Of a DNA stretch of 64,000 bases, positions 38,742-49,550 are shown piece after piece. The stretch's first letter is position 1, and each line of letters starts with the position of its first letter. The position numbers and the translations under genes were made by a program. Under the pieces are notes generated by a model. The model was given only the letters and a program-made list of their open reading frames with translations, searched no databases and was not told the DNA's origin. The DNA lies in assembly GCA_965603515.1 (NCBI GenBank), contig CBFDDH010000001.1, positions 80,568-144,567 of the forward strand, read 5' to 3'. The stretch comes from an uncultured bacterium (GTDB lineage: Bacteria > Hydrothermota > Tepidihabitantia > SM23-42).

Positions 38742-39890
38742 TTATATTAGTTTGAATATATGTGTCACGGATGATGCTCCTGAACCACCCATATTCTGAG
38801 TCAATCCTATCTTTGCGTTCTTCACCTGACGCTTGCCAGCCTTGCCACGTAACTGTTCAACCACCTCAACAACTTGCGCAATACCAGTAGCACCAACCGG
38901 ATGCCCCTTTGATTTCAAGCCGCCCGATGGGTTGACTGGAATCTTACCTTCCAAAGCGGTATTCCCCTGCTCTGTAAAAGGACCACCTGTGCCTTTTTCA
39001 GTAAAACCCAATTCCTCAATAATGCAGATCTCGGCGATCGAGAAACAATCATGGACCTCAGCCACATCAATCTCTGATGGCTTAACACCAGCCATCTTAT
39101 AGGCAACCTCACCTGATACTTTAACCGCTTTCAAAGCAGTTATGTCTTCGCGACTGTGCAGGGCAAGTGTATCAGTGGCCGCACCTGAACCGAGTATCTT
39201 AACCAACGGTACTTTCAGCTGCTTGGCAAAATCAACTGATGTGAGAACAACGCATGCTGCGCCATCAGAAACCGGTGAACTGTCGAGCACCGTCAGCGGA
39301 TCAGCAACCAATGTCGCATTCATGACTTGTTCAAGCGTGACTTCTCTTTGGAATTGGGCATTGGGATTCATCGCACCGTTATGGTGATTTTTTACTGATA
39401 CTGCAGCCAACTGCTCCCTCGTTGTGCCGTAGCGATGCATATGGGCTCGAGCGATCAAAGCGTAAAGGCCAGGAAAAGTCACGCCTTGATACACCTCATA
39501 TTCCTGATCGGCTGCCGTAGCAAGCGCGTAAGTAGCATCAGCGCCGTCATTCATCTTTTCAACACCACCGACCAAAACTACATCACTATGACCTGAAGAA
39601 ATTTCAAAAAGACCGAGTCTCAACGCCATACCACTTGAACAACACGCTGATTCAACACGCATCGCTGGTATCGGAGCCACGCCCAGATAATCCGCCATCA
39701 AAGCACTGATGTGTTCCTGACCAACAAAAAGTCCTGGGGTCATTGCACCAACATACATCGAATCAATATGATCCACACCTGCATCATCGATCGCCTTTAG
39801 GGCAGCTTCAACGAAGATGTCCCTCAGAGACTTTTCCCAGAGCTCACCAAATTTGGTCATTCCACAACCAATTACTGCAACTTCTCTCAT
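38742..39890 (-). CDS. acetyl-CoA acetyltransferase, archaeal-type thiolase
   Basis: Start at [15 protein letters not shown] with SD; thiolase catalytic Cys region, GHPVGATG C-terminal motif; ORF track N-extension rejected. Confidence 0.75.
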   Translation of the reverse strand: MREVAVIGCGMTKFGELWEKSLRDIFVEAALKAIDDAGVDHIDSMYVGAMTPGLFVGQEHISALMADYLGVAPIPAMRVESACCSSGMALRLGLFEISSGHSDVVLVGGVEKMNDGADATYALATAADQEYEVYQGVTFPGLYALIARAHMHRYGTTREQLAAVSVKNHHNGAMNPNAQFQREVTLEQVMNATLVADPLTVLDSSPVSDGAACVVLTSVDFAKQLKVPLVKILGSGAATDTLALHSREDITALKAVKVSGEVAYKMAGVKPSEIDVAEVHDCFSIAEICIIEELGFTEKGTGGPFTEQGNTALEGKIPVNPSGGLKSKGHPVGATGIAQVVEVVEQLRGKAGKRQVKNAKIGLTQNMGGSGASSVTHIFKLI

Positions 39891-39900
39891 ACCAGCCTCC

Positions 39901-40947
39901 TTATTCGGACATTCTGATCTTACCCCGATACTTGGCGTACTGTCCATAATCAAGGTAGATACGATTGTTCTCAAGCATCTCTTTGAGCTTCGCAGCTTTA
40001 TCGCGCACTTCATCAATTCGATCAGTCATCTTAAATATAAATGCATCGCTACCTGCACCTGAACCAAAAGAAACGAGCATTATCAACTCACCTGGTTTGG
40101 CAATATCGAGCGTCGCAGAAAACCCAGTGGGTGACGAGCCTGAATAGGTATTACCCATTAATGGAACTATCCAACCCGCGTCAATCTGTTCCTTGGTAAA
40201 TCCCAATCTCTTAGCCACGGCTAATGGAAATTTACCATTTGGCATGTGGAAAATCGCGTGGGCAAAATCGCTGGGTTTATAGCCGCTTTTATCAAGAATT
40301 GCCTTTGCCGCACCCAACTCATGTTTGAAATAAGCAGGCTCGCCAGTGAATCGCCCACCATGAAGCGGATAAAACGCACCTTCTCGGCGCCAGAAATCAG
40401 GTGTATCTGTTGTATAAGAAAACGTATCCAGGACCTCAGCAATAATGCCTTCTTTTCCGAAAATGAATGCCGAACCGCCGGCTGCGGCAGAAAATTCAAG
40501 GGCATCACCTGGTGCACCCTGCGAAGTGTCAGCACCAATGGCGAGTGCATACTTTACAAGATCAGCCTTTACCAAACCATGGGCAACAAACATTGCTTCG
40601 GTGCCTGCCTTGCAGGCAAATTCATAATCCGCTATATGGACATTCGGCACAACACCCAAAGCCTCAGCCACTACAGTACCAGATGGTTTCACGGCATAGG
40701 GATGTGATTCTGAACCGATGTACAATGCGCCGATCTCAACCGGGTCAATATTAGCTCTTTTTAGCGCATTACGTGCAGCTTCCACTGATATGGTTATCGT
40801 ATCCTCATCCATTCCAGGCACGGTCTTTTCCTTGAGCATCAGACCTCGTTTTACTGTCTCGGAATCTCTGCCCCACTGATGGGCAATTTTCTCAACCTTA
40901 ATCCGATATCTTGGTAAATAAGAACCATAGCCAACAACGCCAACCAT
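39901..40947 (-). CDS. hydroxymethylglutaryl-CoA synthase (archaeal/KAS-III-like type)
   Basis: 348 aa; [17 protein letters not shown]-terminus, catalytic Cys in EFACKAGT context, typical size of archaeal HMGCS; forms thiolase/HMGCS/DUF35 trio. Confidence 0.7.
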   Translation of the reverse strand: MVGVVGYGSYLPRYRIKVEKIAHQWGRDSETVKRGLMLKEKTVPGMDEDTITISVEAARNALKRANIDPVEIGALYIGSESHPYAVKPSGTVVAEALGVVPNVHIADYEFACKAGTEAMFVAHGLVKADLVKYALAIGADTSQGAPGDALEFSAAAGGSAFIFGKEGIIAEVLDTFSYTTDTPDFWRREGAFYPLHGGRFTGEPAYFKHELGAAKAILDKSGYKPSDFAHAIFHMPNGKFPLAVAKRLGFTKEQIDAGWIVPLMGNTYSGSSPTGFSATLDIAKPGELIMLVSFGSGAGSDAFIFKMTDRIDEVRDKAAKLKEMLENNRIYLDYGQYAKYRGKIRMSE

Positions 40948-40964
40948 TAGACCTCCTCACCAAA

Positions 40965-41070
40965 TGGTTATTGGATTTGGGTTAGGATGCTGGATATAAT
41001 CAATAAATAAAATCTAGCTTCCAAACCCATCTTCCATCTTTTTTCTAGCATCCAAACCTAAACCCATCTT
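40965..41070. repeat. family 1 element copy D
   Basis: tggttattggatttgggttaggatgctggat...tctagcttccaaacccatcttccatctttttt ctagcatccaaacctaaacccatcttctata; internal tandem sub-units. Confidence 0.75.
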
Positions 41071-42240
41071 CTATATTTTAGATAGGGCTTGTTCTAAATC
41101 AGCAATCAGATCATCAACATGTTCAAGACCAACCGATATTCTAACAAAACCAGGATTGATCCCGCACTCTCGCAGCTCTTCATCTGAATACGTTGAATGG
41201 GTCATTGAAGCGGGATGCTCAATGAGTGTATCTACGTCACCCAGACTCACTGCAAGAATGCACAACTCTACTGAGTTCATTATTGTCTTTCCAGCTTCCT
41301 TACCACCCTTCACATCAAACCCAATCATGCCACCAAAATCGCTCATCTGTTTCTTTGCTAATTCATGATCCGGGTGCGAGGTAAGACCAGGGTAATAAAC
41401 CTTCTCAATCTTGTCATGCTTTTCAAGATACTCTGCGATCTTCATGGCAGTTTCACAGTGTCGGTCCATTCTCACAGCTAAGGTCTTTAGACCACGCAGA
41501 ACAAGCCAAGCATTAAAGGGTGAATTACAGGCGCCGATCTCTTTTGCGTCTTCCCAAAGGTGATGCATGAAATCCTTTTTCCCAACGACAACTCCACCTA
41601 TGATATCGCCGTGCCCACTAAAATATTTAGTCATTGAATGAAGCACGATGTCAGCACCGAGTTCTACTGGTCTTTGGAGATATGGAGTAGCAAAAGTATT
41701 GTCAACACACAGCGGGATATTTCTGGCGTGGGAGATCTCTGAACATCGGGCGATATCGACAATCTTCAAAGTCGGATTTGCCGGCGTCTCAGTAAAGATC
41801 AAACGCGTATTCTCCTTAATACAAGAACCCAGTTGATCTGCATCTGCCGTATCACAGAATGTCACCTCAATACCCATCTTTGGTAGAATGCTCTTGAATA
41901 ATGCAAAAGTACCACCATAGATGGTATCATCAGAAACAACGTGTTCACCGGTTTTAGTTAGTGTCACAACGACGTTAAAAATGGCAGCGAGACCAGATGC
42001 AAAAACCACCCCGGCCTCAGTAGATTCCAACAAAGCAATCTTGCTTGCCAGAAGATCGGTCGTCGGATTGCTAAGTCTTGTATAGATATGACCTTTTTCC
42101 TCTTGCTTGAAAAGACGCGCACCGTGTTCAGCGTTGCGGAATGCAAAAGTCGATGTTTGATAAATCGGCGGCGCAAGAGCACCGGTTTCTTTATCAGGAT
42201 GCTGACCACCGTGTACGATCTTTGACTCAATATGCATCAT
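41071..42240 (-). CDS. Cys/Met metabolism PLP-dependent enzyme (methionine gamma-lyase / cystathionine gamma-synthase family)
   Basis: 389 aa; PLP lysine region SMTKYFSGHGD, fold-type I gamma-family. Confidence 0.75.
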   Translation of the reverse strand: MMHIESKIVHGGQHPDKETGALAPPIYQTSTFAFRNAEHGARLFKQEEKGHIYTRLSNPTTDLLASKIALLESTEAGVVFASGLAAIFNVVVTLTKTGEHVVSDDTIYGGTFALFKSILPKMGIEVTFCDTADADQLGSCIKENTRLIFTETPANPTLKIVDIARCSEISHARNIPLCVDNTFATPYLQRPVELGADIVLHSMTKYFSGHGDIIGGVVVGKKDFMHHLWEDAKEIGACNSPFNAWLVLRGLKTLAVRMDRHCETAMKIAEYLEKHDKIEKVYYPGLTSHPDHELAKKQMSDFGGMIGFDVKGGKEAGKTIMNSVELCILAVSLGDVDTLIEHPASMTHSTYSDEELRECGINPGFVRISVGLEHVDDLIADLEQALSKI

Positions 42241-42389
42241 TCCTCCCTATTGCAAACACCTAAGAATCCAAAATTCCCAAATTCTTCACCCTGAGGCTGA
42301 TCCACCTCGGGCGGAAAATTAGTGCTCTGATACACTGATGTTCTGATAACATAATATTCTTCACTTTAGGCATTTAGGTGTTTAGGTAT
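42241..42389. repeat. family 2 element with twin-hairpin core (42288-42318)
   Basis: aaacacctaagaatccaaaattcccaaa ... ccctgaggctgatccacctcgggcggaaaat ... tttaggcatttaggtgtttaggtatctagg; inverted arms about 15 bp. Confidence 0.55.
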
Positions 42390-42800
42390 CTAGGCATTTT
42401 TGTCTTTTTCGGTTAATTCAATCAAAACACCACCCATATCCTTTGGATGGATAAATGCTATCTTGTTCCCCCCCGCGCCAATTCTCGGAACCTCATCGAT
42501 CAACCGGACATTGTGACTCTTCATCTCGGCTAGTACCTTCTCAATATCATCAACCCGAAAACACAGATGATGCAATCCTTCACCCCTTTTTTCTATGAAT
42601 TTAAAAACCTGGCTCTCTTCACTTGTCGGTTCTACTAATTCAATATGGGTTCCGCTGATATCCAACTTGGCTACTTTGACCTTTTGATCCTCAACCTCTT
42701 CGAGATTCGCCAAGCCCAAACCCAACGCATCTTTCCATACATACAATCGTTCTTCAATAGATTTAACTGCGATGCCTATATGATCTAGTTTCATATTCAT
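42390..42800 (-). CDS. methylmalonyl-CoA epimerase (VOC/glyoxalase family)
   Basis: 136 aa; paired beta-alpha-beta-beta-beta modules with His/Glu metal ligands (HIGIAV...HIELVEP...HLCF...ELTE). Confidence 0.7.
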   Translation of the reverse strand: MNMKLDHIGIAVKSIEERLYVWKDALGLGLANLEEVEDQKVKVAKLDISGTHIELVEPTSEESQVFKFIEKRGEGLHHLCFRVDDIEKVLAEMKSHNVRLIDEVPRIGAGGNKIAFIHPKDMGGVLIELTEKDKNA

Positions 42801-42917
42801 CTTAAACCCTTAACACTATCATGCTGAACCATGGACTGAATTCATTTCGGGCTTGTTTCAGCATCACATCCATTGCACGTCCATTATATTTCATTGTAAA
42901 CTATCTTCTACCTACTC

Positions 42918-44213
42918 TCACAGCAATTTCCTTTTCTTCGCTTCTTCTTCAAGTACATTGCGGAAATCCGGATGAGCTATGGAAATAAGCGCCTCGGCAC
43001 GCTGGCGCAGGTTCTTGCCGTGTAAACTTACAACACCGTGTTCAGTAGCAATATAGTGAACATCTGCCCGGGTCGTCACCACACCCGCACCGACCTGTAA
43101 GGTGGACACAATCTTAGATAATTTACCACCTTTAGCAGTCGAAGGTAAAGCGATTATAGGTTTACCACCTTTGGATTGAGCGGCTCCCCTTATAAAATCG
43201 AGCTGACCACCAAAACCTGAATAGATCCTTGTGCCGATAGAATCCGAGCACACCTGACCAGTAAGGTCGACTTCTATGGCAGAATTTATCGCAACCATCT
43301 TTTCGTTTTGCCCGATTATATAAGGATGATTTGTGTAATTGCATGGGTGGGTCTCAAATACTGGGTTATTATCGATAAACTCGTAGATCTTTTTGGTTCC
43401 CAAATAAAATGTTGCAATAATCTTACCGGTATGCAGGGTTTTTTTCGAACCGGTAACTACACCAGCTTCAATAGCCTCGATTATACTATCTGAAACCATT
43501 TCAGTATGAACCCCGAGGTCTCTTCTATCAAACATAGCTTTGAGCGCGGCATTCGGGATCCCGCCGATACCCAACTGGACAGTGGAACCGTCTTCGACCA
43601 AACTAGCGACATTCGCGCCGATTTTCTTTTCAACATCGGTGAACGGAATGGGCTGCAGCTCAGGCAAGTCCTTTGAAATCTCAACTATCTTGGACACTCT
43701 TGATGCGTGAATGAACGAATCACCCAGAGCACGCGGCATCTTCTCATTGACTTGGGCGACCACGATCTTAGCTGATTCTGCAGCACCTTTTGAAGCCAAA
43801 CATTCAACACCATAACTCATAAAACCGTGTTCATCAGGTGGTGATAGATGCATAAAAGCCACATCGACCGGCAAAAGACCTTTATAAAAAAAACTAGGTA
43901 TCTCATAGAGAAAAACCGGAATATAATCTGCTTTACCAGCATTGACTGCTGCACGGTCAGCCGGACCGACGAAAAGTGAGTTGTGCCGGAAATGACCTTC
44001 CATACCGGGCTTTGACAAAGGTTCATCACCGAACAACAACACATGCGCAAGTTCAACATTATGCAGTTCATCCTTTCGCTTCTCAAGCGCATCCATCAAT
44101 CCAAAAGGAGTTGCTGCATTACCACTGACATAGATCCGGTCATTACTCTTAACAACCGAAACAGCCTCATCAATAGAACATTTTTTTCCTTTGTAATCGT
44201 CGAACCAGCTCAT
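42918..44213 (-). CDS. acetyl-CoA hydrolase/transferase family CoA-transferase (4-hydroxybutyrate/succinyl-CoA:acetate type)
   Basis: 431 aa; two-domain CoA-transferase fold, catalytic Glu region; typical of propionate/succinate CoA-transferases. Confidence 0.75.
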   Translation of the reverse strand: MSWFDDYKGKKCSIDEAVSVVKSNDRIYVSGNAATPFGLMDALEKRKDELHNVELAHVLLFGDEPLSKPGMEGHFRHNSLFVGPADRAAVNAGKADYIPVFLYEIPSFFYKGLLPVDVAFMHLSPPDEHGFMSYGVECLASKGAAESAKIVVAQVNEKMPRALGDSFIHASRVSKIVEISKDLPELQPIPFTDVEKKIGANVASLVEDGSTVQLGIGGIPNAALKAMFDRRDLGVHTEMVSDSIIEAIEAGVVTGSKKTLHTGKIIATFYLGTKKIYEFIDNNPVFETHPCNYTNHPYIIGQNEKMVAINSAIEVDLTGQVCSDSIGTRIYSGFGGQLDFIRGAAQSKGGKPIIALPSTAKGGKLSKIVSTLQVGAGVVTTRADVHYIATEHGVVSLHGKNLRQRAEALISIAHPDFRNVLEEEAKKRKLL

Positions 44214-45298
44214 ATTTTGTACTCCTCCTTGACGACACCACGCTCAACATAAATACCGTGTTTTAAAGCATAGTTCTCTTTCAAAGTAGCTTCAATACCT
44301 TTTTCAGTTAAGATCTTAAGAAACGGATAGATCCCTGAACTGATTGTGTGTGTCGCAGTTCGAGCAACGAGCGTTGTCGCGTTCGGCATGCAGAAATGAA
44401 CCACCCCGTTAACCATGTAGATAAACTGACCGCTTGGAGAGATCTTCGACGTCTCAGAACAACCACCCTGGTCAATAGAGAAATCGATCAAAACCGCACC
44501 AGGACGCATTGAACTCACCATCTCTTTCGTAATGAGAATCGGTGAGCGTTTACCTGGTTCCAGCACAGCACAAATCACAACATCGGCAAACTTGAGAAGT
44601 TTTTCTATATTGTGTTTGGTAGAAAACATTGTGGTGATCCGGCTGCCGCTGGTTTGGCATACCAGACTATCGAGCCTGTCACGAACAACATCCAGTACAT
44701 AAACATTGGCACCAGAAAAGGCAAAAGATTTTGCAGCATTACAGCCTAAAGTACCAGCACCCAGGATCACGACTTCAGCTGGTGGGATACCAGCTATGCC
44801 ACCCAGTAGAATACCTCTTCCCCCACCTGGTGATTCTAATAATCTACCAGCGATCTGCACTGAAAGTTTACCAGCTATCTCACTCATCGGTATAACGACA
44901 GGAAGTCGACCATCCTCATTTTGCATTATTTCATAACCGATAATGGTCATTTTTTTGTCCTGAACAGTTTTAACAAAAGCTTTGCGAGCGGTGACCATAT
45001 GGATAAAACCCATTAAGATCTGCCCCTCATTCATATACTGGTATTCTTCTTGTTGAGGTCTTCTGACCTTCAGGACAATATCTGCCCGTCGATAGACTTC
45101 TTCCTTTGAATAAACAATAGTTGCTCCAGCTTTTTCATAGTCTTCGTCTAGGAACCCTGCACCTTCACCGGCTTTTGATTCAACATAGAATTTCGCGCCG
45201 TATAACATAAGTTCCTTTGCTGCCATAGGAGAAAAACCAACTCTATATTCCGGCGTGTTTTTAAAAGGCGGAATTTCTCGAGGAATACCGAACATCAT
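44210..45298 (-). CDS. ald: alanine dehydrogenase
   Basis: 362 aa; AlaDH/PNT N-domain and Rossmann GAGTLGCNAA; 4-nt overlap with CoA-transferase gene. Confidence 0.75.
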   Translation of the reverse strand: MMFGIPREIPPFKNTPEYRVGFSPMAAKELMLYGAKFYVESKAGEGAGFLDEDYEKAGATIVYSKEEVYRRADIVLKVRRPQQEEYQYMNEGQILMGFIHMVTARKAFVKTVQDKKMTIIGYEIMQNEDGRLPVVIPMSEIAGKLSVQIAGRLLESPGGGRGILLGGIAGIPPAEVVILGAGTLGCNAAKSFAFSGANVYVLDVVRDRLDSLVCQTSGSRITTMFSTKHNIEKLLKFADVVICAVLEPGKRSPILITKEMVSSMRPGAVLIDFSIDQGGCSETSKISPSGQFIYMVNGVVHFCMPNATTLVARTATHTISSGIYPFLKILTEKGIEATLKENYALKHGIYVERGVVKEEYKI

Positions 45299-45317
45299 TC
45301 AAAACCTCCTTGCTAAA

Positions 45318-45425
45318 TGGTTATTGGGTTAAGGTTAGGACGCTGGATTTCAAACATCCATAGTCAAACCTGTCTTCTATCTTTCTCTAGTTTCCAAACC
45401 CATCTTCCATCTTTTTTTTAGGTAT
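45318..45425. repeat. family 1 element copy E
   Basis: tggttattgggttaaggttaggacgctggatttcaaacatccatagtcaaacctgtcttctatctttctctagtttccaaacccatcttccatctttttttta. Confidence 0.75.
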
Positions 45426-46976
45426 CTAAAATATCGATCTTTCCTTATATTCACCATGGACATCCCTTAGTGTATCTGATATTTCACCAATAGTAGCATA
45501 GGCTTTCACGCACGCCAAGATTGGTTCCATCAAGTTCTCATTGTCAATTGCTAATCCCTCTAATTTTTTCAGCAGCGATCTTACCTTTAGGTTATTACGC
45601 CTAGCTTTGACACGTTTAGTCCTTTGCAGCTGTTTCTTCAAGGTTTTAGGCGAAACCCTCATTGTTGTGAACTTCCTCCCTTTATCAGAAGACACGAACT
45701 TGTTTACGCCAATCACACTTATATCATCTTGCTCAATAGCTTTTTGATACTCATACGCACTGCGGTGAATTTCTTCCTGAAAATATCCGTTTTCAATAGC
45801 TACCAGGGCACCACCCATTGAGTCAATCTTATCCAGATAGTCGTTCACCTGCTCCTCTAATCTGCTAGTCAACGATTCAACATAGTAGGATCCAGCCAGG
45901 GGATCAATAACTTCCGGGATCTTACTTTCATAAGCGATCATCTGTTGAGTACGTAATGCCAATTTCACTGATTCTTCGGTGGGCAGGGTCAAGGCTTCAT
46001 CGCGCGAATTCGTATGGAGACTCTGGGTCCCGCCCAGAACTGCGGCGAGTGCCTGTAATGCAACACGTATCGCATTATTATCAGGTTCCTGGGCAGTCAA
46101 TGTTGAACCGGCAGTCTGAGTGTGGAATCGAAGCATCCTCGATTTTGGATTCTTCGCATTGAATCGCTCTTTCATGACACGCGCCCAGATCCTCCTGGCC
46201 GCTCTGAACTTAGCAATCTCTTCAAAAAAATTATTGTGTGCGTTAAGGAAAAATGAAATACGCGGCGCAAATGAATCCACATCAAGTCCACCCCGTTCAA
46301 TTGCATATTGCACATAAGTCATTCCATTTGCGAGTGTGAAAGCAAGCTCTTGTACTGCTGTCGCACCAGCTTCTCTTATGTGATAACCAGATACTGAAAT
46401 GGTATTCCACCTGGGCAGGGACTTACTGCAATATTTCATGATATCGACCGTAATCTTTATCGATGCTGCAGGTGGATATATGTAAGTGCCGCGCGCAATA
46501 TACTCCTTGAGGATATCATTCTGAACCGTACCGGATAGTCTCTCTTTTGGCACACCCTGCTTTTCGGCAACTGCGATATACATTGCCAAGAGAACTGCTG
46601 CGGTGGCATTGATCGTCATCGACGTACTCACCCTGTCAAGCGGTATTCCTTTAAATAATATCTCCATATCTTCAAGTGTATCAATGGCAACACCGGTCTT
46701 ACCCACCTCACCAGCGGCAAGTCTATGATCTGAGTCATAACCCATCTGGGTTGGTAAATCAAATGCAACGGATAAACCTGTCTGCCCCTGTTTCAGTAAA
46801 TAACGGTAGCGACGATTCGACTCTTCTGCAGTCGCATAACCGGCATACTGCCGCATAGTCCATAGCCGACCCGTATACATACTTGGATATACGCCGCGTG
46901 TATAAGGAAATTCACCCGGGTTACCCAAATCTTTTTTGTAGTCTATATCTTTTATGTCATCAGGAGAAAAAAGCAT
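45426..46976 (-). CDS. methylmalonyl-CoA mutase family catalytic (TIM-barrel) subunit, copy 1
   Basis: 516 aa; [34 protein letters not shown] motifs; no B12-binding domain in this polypeptide. Confidence 0.85.
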   Translation of the reverse strand: MLFSPDDIKDIDYKKDLGNPGEFPYTRGVYPSMYTGRLWTMRQYAGYATAEESNRRYRYLLKQGQTGLSVAFDLPTQMGYDSDHRLAAGEVGKTGVAIDTLEDMEILFKGIPLDRVSTSMTINATAAVLLAMYIAVAEKQGVPKERLSGTVQNDILKEYIARGTYIYPPAASIKITVDIMKYCSKSLPRWNTISVSGYHIREAGATAVQELAFTLANGMTYVQYAIERGGLDVDSFAPRISFFLNAHNNFFEEIAKFRAARRIWARVMKERFNAKNPKSRMLRFHTQTAGSTLTAQEPDNNAIRVALQALAAVLGGTQSLHTNSRDEALTLPTEESVKLALRTQQMIAYESKIPEVIDPLAGSYYVESLTSRLEEQVNDYLDKIDSMGGALVAIENGYFQEEIHRSAYEYQKAIEQDDISVIGVNKFVSSDKGRKFTTMRVSPKTLKKQLQRTKRVKARRNNLKVRSLLKKLEGLAIDNENLMEPILACVKAYATIGEISDTLRDVHGEYKERSIF

Positions 46977-46984
46977 AATTCAGC

Positions 46985-47002
46985 GCAGTATCATTTTCAT
47001 TC
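46985..47002. repeat. 17-bp motif gcagtatcattttcattc (isolated copy between mutase and BCCP genes)
   Basis: Matches motif array flanking four-helix-bundle gene. Confidence 0.5.
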
Positions 47003-47488
47003 TATTATGATAAGTGTATCTCCAGTGTTTACGGTCTGACCTTTTTTCACTTGTATCGTCTTAACAACACCATCTCTTGGCGTTTGTATCTCGTTTTGCA
47101 TTTTCATAGCTTCGATTATGAGCAAACCTTGCCCCTCGGTGACATTGTCACCTTCTTTAACAATCACCTCGATGATCAAACCTGGCATCGCTGTTTTCAC
47201 CGCCAATTCCCGCTTTTCAGATTTGCCCGCGCTTGCCTTCATGAGTCTTCCTACTTGTTCATCAAATATCTCAACAGAGTATTCCTGGTTGTTAACAATA
47301 ATCGTGTTATCGTCAGAAAAAACAACATCGAACGGTTTATCATCAACTATCAATGTCATGCGTGAACCACGATCATCAGCTACCTCTACTCGTCTTGTCT
47401 CACCATTAAGAAAAACCCGGAATTTCTCATCCTGTCTCTCAACTTCTATCTTGATAACCTTATCGTCGACCTTAACAATATCAGCCAC
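46997..47488 (-). CDS. biotin carboxyl carrier protein-like (paralog 2)
   Basis: 163 aa; EAMKMQNEI biotinylation motif, N-terminal extension comparable to 32954-33451 product. Confidence 0.7.
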   Translation of the reverse strand: MADIVKVDDKVIKIEVERQDEKFRVFLNGETRRVEVADDRGSRMTLIVDDKPFDVVFSDDNTIIVNNQEYSVEIFDEQVGRLMKASAGKSEKRELAVKTAMPGLIIEVIVKEGDNVTEGQGLLIIEAMKMQNEIQTPRDGVVKTIQVKKGQTVNTGDTLIIIE

Positions 47489-47489
47489 G

Positions 47490-48989
47490 CTAATTACTCC
47501 TCATCATCGCCTTACGCCCGTACATCTTCCATGAACTTGATAACTTGCGCCCACTTGGTTTTCCTACCACAACCTGCTTCTCCTTGATGATTTTTCCTAT
47601 AGCGGCAGCTATTGCAACAACTTCATGATACTCTTTTTTATAAACTACCTTACCCAAAACTTTGTCGATAAAAGTAGTGTCATACTCACCTTTCACGAAT
47701 TCAGGGGTGTTCATTACCAAAATATGGAAAGGTATTGAGGTCTTAATTCCTCTAATCGTATATTCTTTCAGGGCACGCTTTGTTCTGGAAATAGCCTCTT
47801 CCCGGGAAGGTGCCCAGACAAGTAACTTAGCAATCAATGGGTCGTAATATATCGGCACTTCAAAACCTTCATAGACACCGCTATCAAGTCTTATACCCGG
47901 ACCGCCAGGTTCAACGATCTCTACGATCCTACCAGTCGACGGCACAAAATTGTTTTGTGGATCTTCAGCAGAAATACGACATTCAATAGCCGCACCGTTC
48001 ATCTTTATTTCTTCTTGTTTTAACGATAGTTGTTGCCCAGCAGCGATCTTGAACTGCTCCTTTACAATATCAATACCAGTAATCAACTCAGTAACTGGGT
48101 GTTCCACCTGTAACCGGGTATTCATTTCAAGAAAATAGAAGTTCCTGTTGTTGTCAACCATGAATTCAACCGTACCGGCGTTCGTGTATTTTGATGTCTT
48201 TACCGCCTGAACTGCTGCCTGCCCCATCTTGGCACGCAAATCCAGGTCCATGATCGCAGACGGCGATTCCTCGATCAATTTCTGGTGTCGTCGCTGGACT
48301 GAGCATTCTCTCTCAAAAAGATGTATGACATTACCGTGATTATCTGCAAGAATTTGGAATTCAATGTGACGGGGTGCTTCAAGGAATTTCTCAATAAATA
48401 CGGTTGGGTTACCAAAAGCAGACTGCGCTTCGCTGATAGCCTGTTTCAAGGCGCCAGTCAACTCCCTCATCTCCCTTACAACACGCATCCCCTTTCCGCC
48501 ACCACCACCCGCTGCTTTTATAAGTACAGGAAAACCTATCTGTTGAGCCATAATTTGAGCTTCTGATTCATCAGCCACGGCACCGTCACTACCTGGAATA
48601 ACTGGTATCCCCACGTCGCTCATCGTCTTCTTTGAAATAATCTTATCACCCAATAGCCTTATTGCTTTTGACGTTGGACCAATGAACACAATACCTGATG
48701 CTTCACAGGCTTCAGCAAAATCCGTGTTCTCAGCAAGAAATCCATAGCCTGGATGAATTGCCTCTACCTTTGCACGTTTGGCAACCTCAATGATTCTATC
48801 AATCCTTAGATAACTTTCAGTAGCCGGAGCTCGACCAATATGATATGCTTCATCGGCATAACGCGTATGGAATGCGCTTTGGTCCGCATCCGAATAAACA
48901 GTTACCGAAGTAATATCCATTTCACGACAGGTACGCAAAACCCGCACTGCTATTTCACCACGATTAGCGACTAATATTTTTTTAAACAT
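47490..48989 (-). CDS. biotin carboxylase (paralog 2)
   Basis: 499 aa; MFKKILVANRGEIAVRVLRT, ATP-grasp and BC C-domain. Confidence 0.9.
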   Translation of the reverse strand: MFKKILVANRGEIAVRVLRTCREMDITSVTVYSDADQSAFHTRYADEAYHIGRAPATESYLRIDRIIEVAKRAKVEAIHPGYGFLAENTDFAEACEASGIVFIGPTSKAIRLLGDKIISKKTMSDVGIPVIPGSDGAVADESEAQIMAQQIGFPVLIKAAGGGGGKGMRVVREMRELTGALKQAISEAQSAFGNPTVFIEKFLEAPRHIEFQILADNHGNVIHLFERECSVQRRHQKLIEESPSAIMDLDLRAKMGQAAVQAVKTSKYTNAGTVEFMVDNNRNFYFLEMNTRLQVEHPVTELITGIDIVKEQFKIAAGQQLSLKQEEIKMNGAAIECRISAEDPQNNFVPSTGRIVEIVEPGGPGIRLDSGVYEGFEVPIYYDPLIAKLLVWAPSREEAISRTKRALKEYTIRGIKTSIPFHILVMNTPEFVKGEYDTTFIDKVLGKVVYKKEYHEVVAIAAAIGKIIKEKQVVVGKPSGRKLSSSWKMYGRKAMMRSN

Positions 48990-48998
48990 AGTTTAAAA

Positions 48999-49090
48999 GC
49001 AGTATCATTTCATTCGCAGTATCACGCCACCCTTTTTCAATGAGATGGGGTTCGCAGTATCGTTCATTCTGAACTTGCAGTATCACCTTC
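48999..49090. repeat. array of four gcagtatc(a/g)tttcattc motifs
   Basis: gcagtatcatttcattc gcagtatcacgcc ...gcagtatcgttcattc ...gcagtatcacc. Confidence 0.6.
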
Positions 49091-49111
49091 GGCTCGCCAT
49101 AAACTAAATAC

Positions 49112-49498
49112 TCATGAAGAATAACGCCTCCTATTTTTCGGCTTTTTAATAAGTGATTTATCAAAGGCAATTAGCTTGTAATACTCTTTTTCAATTAATG
49201 GCTCAGCAATTAAATAATCATCTTTGGTGGTATAATTTAGAGGAATCCCAATTTTCAAGACCCCGTCGACTTCTTGTAACGAAGTAATTGATCGGTTGAT
49301 GAAAACACTAAAATCTTTATCAGTATGACGACCACTACCTTCAGCAATGTTCAAAGCTATAGATACTACTGCTCTTTTACCTTGTGATGTTAGTCCATAT
49401 TTCTCATCTTTAGGGAACTCTTCGAGCAATTTATAAACAGCTTTAATTAATTCAATTGCTAACTGCCAGATTTCTGAATCTTCGTATTTAAATTTCAT
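49112..49498 (-). CDS. four-helix-bundle protein (23S rRNA intervening-sequence protein family)
   Basis: 128 aa; hallmark EKYGLTSQ.RRA.VSI..NIAEG.GR segment; inserted between biotin carboxylase and carboxyltransferase genes. Confidence 0.75.
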   Translation of the reverse strand: MKFKYEDSEIWQLAIELIKAVYKLLEEFPKDEKYGLTSQGKRAVVSIALNIAEGSGRHTDKDFSVFINRSITSLQEVDGVLKIGIPLNYTTKDDYLIAEPLIEKEYYKLIAFDKSLIKKPKNRRRYSS

Positions 49499-49530
49499 TG
49501 TTTAAGCGAATAAATGATCCTGCGCCTCCT

Positions 49531-49550
49531 GCGAATGAAATAATACTGCG
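49531..49550. repeat. inverted copy of gcagtat-tttcattcgc motif
   Basis: gcgaatgaaataatactgcg = reverse complement of cgcagtattatttcattcgc; right flank of four-helix-bundle gene. Confidence 0.55.

Noticed and set aside
39890-40016. 42-aa N-terminal extension of the archaeal-type thiolase ORF
   Set aside because: The extension overlaps the HMG-CoA synthase gene. The internal Met at [10 protein letters not shown] has a GGAGG SD and matches thiolase N-termini.
48999-49090. Possible CRISPR-like array (gcagtatc repeats)
   Set aside because: Repeat units are only about 17 bp with irregular 0-25 bp spacing, and no cas genes are present. This does not fit CRISPR architecture.
48982-49170. 62-aa ORF overlapping the biotin carboxylase start and the repeat array
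   Set aside because: It spans the gcagtatc motif array and overlaps two better-supported genes, so it is more likely a non-coding repeat region.
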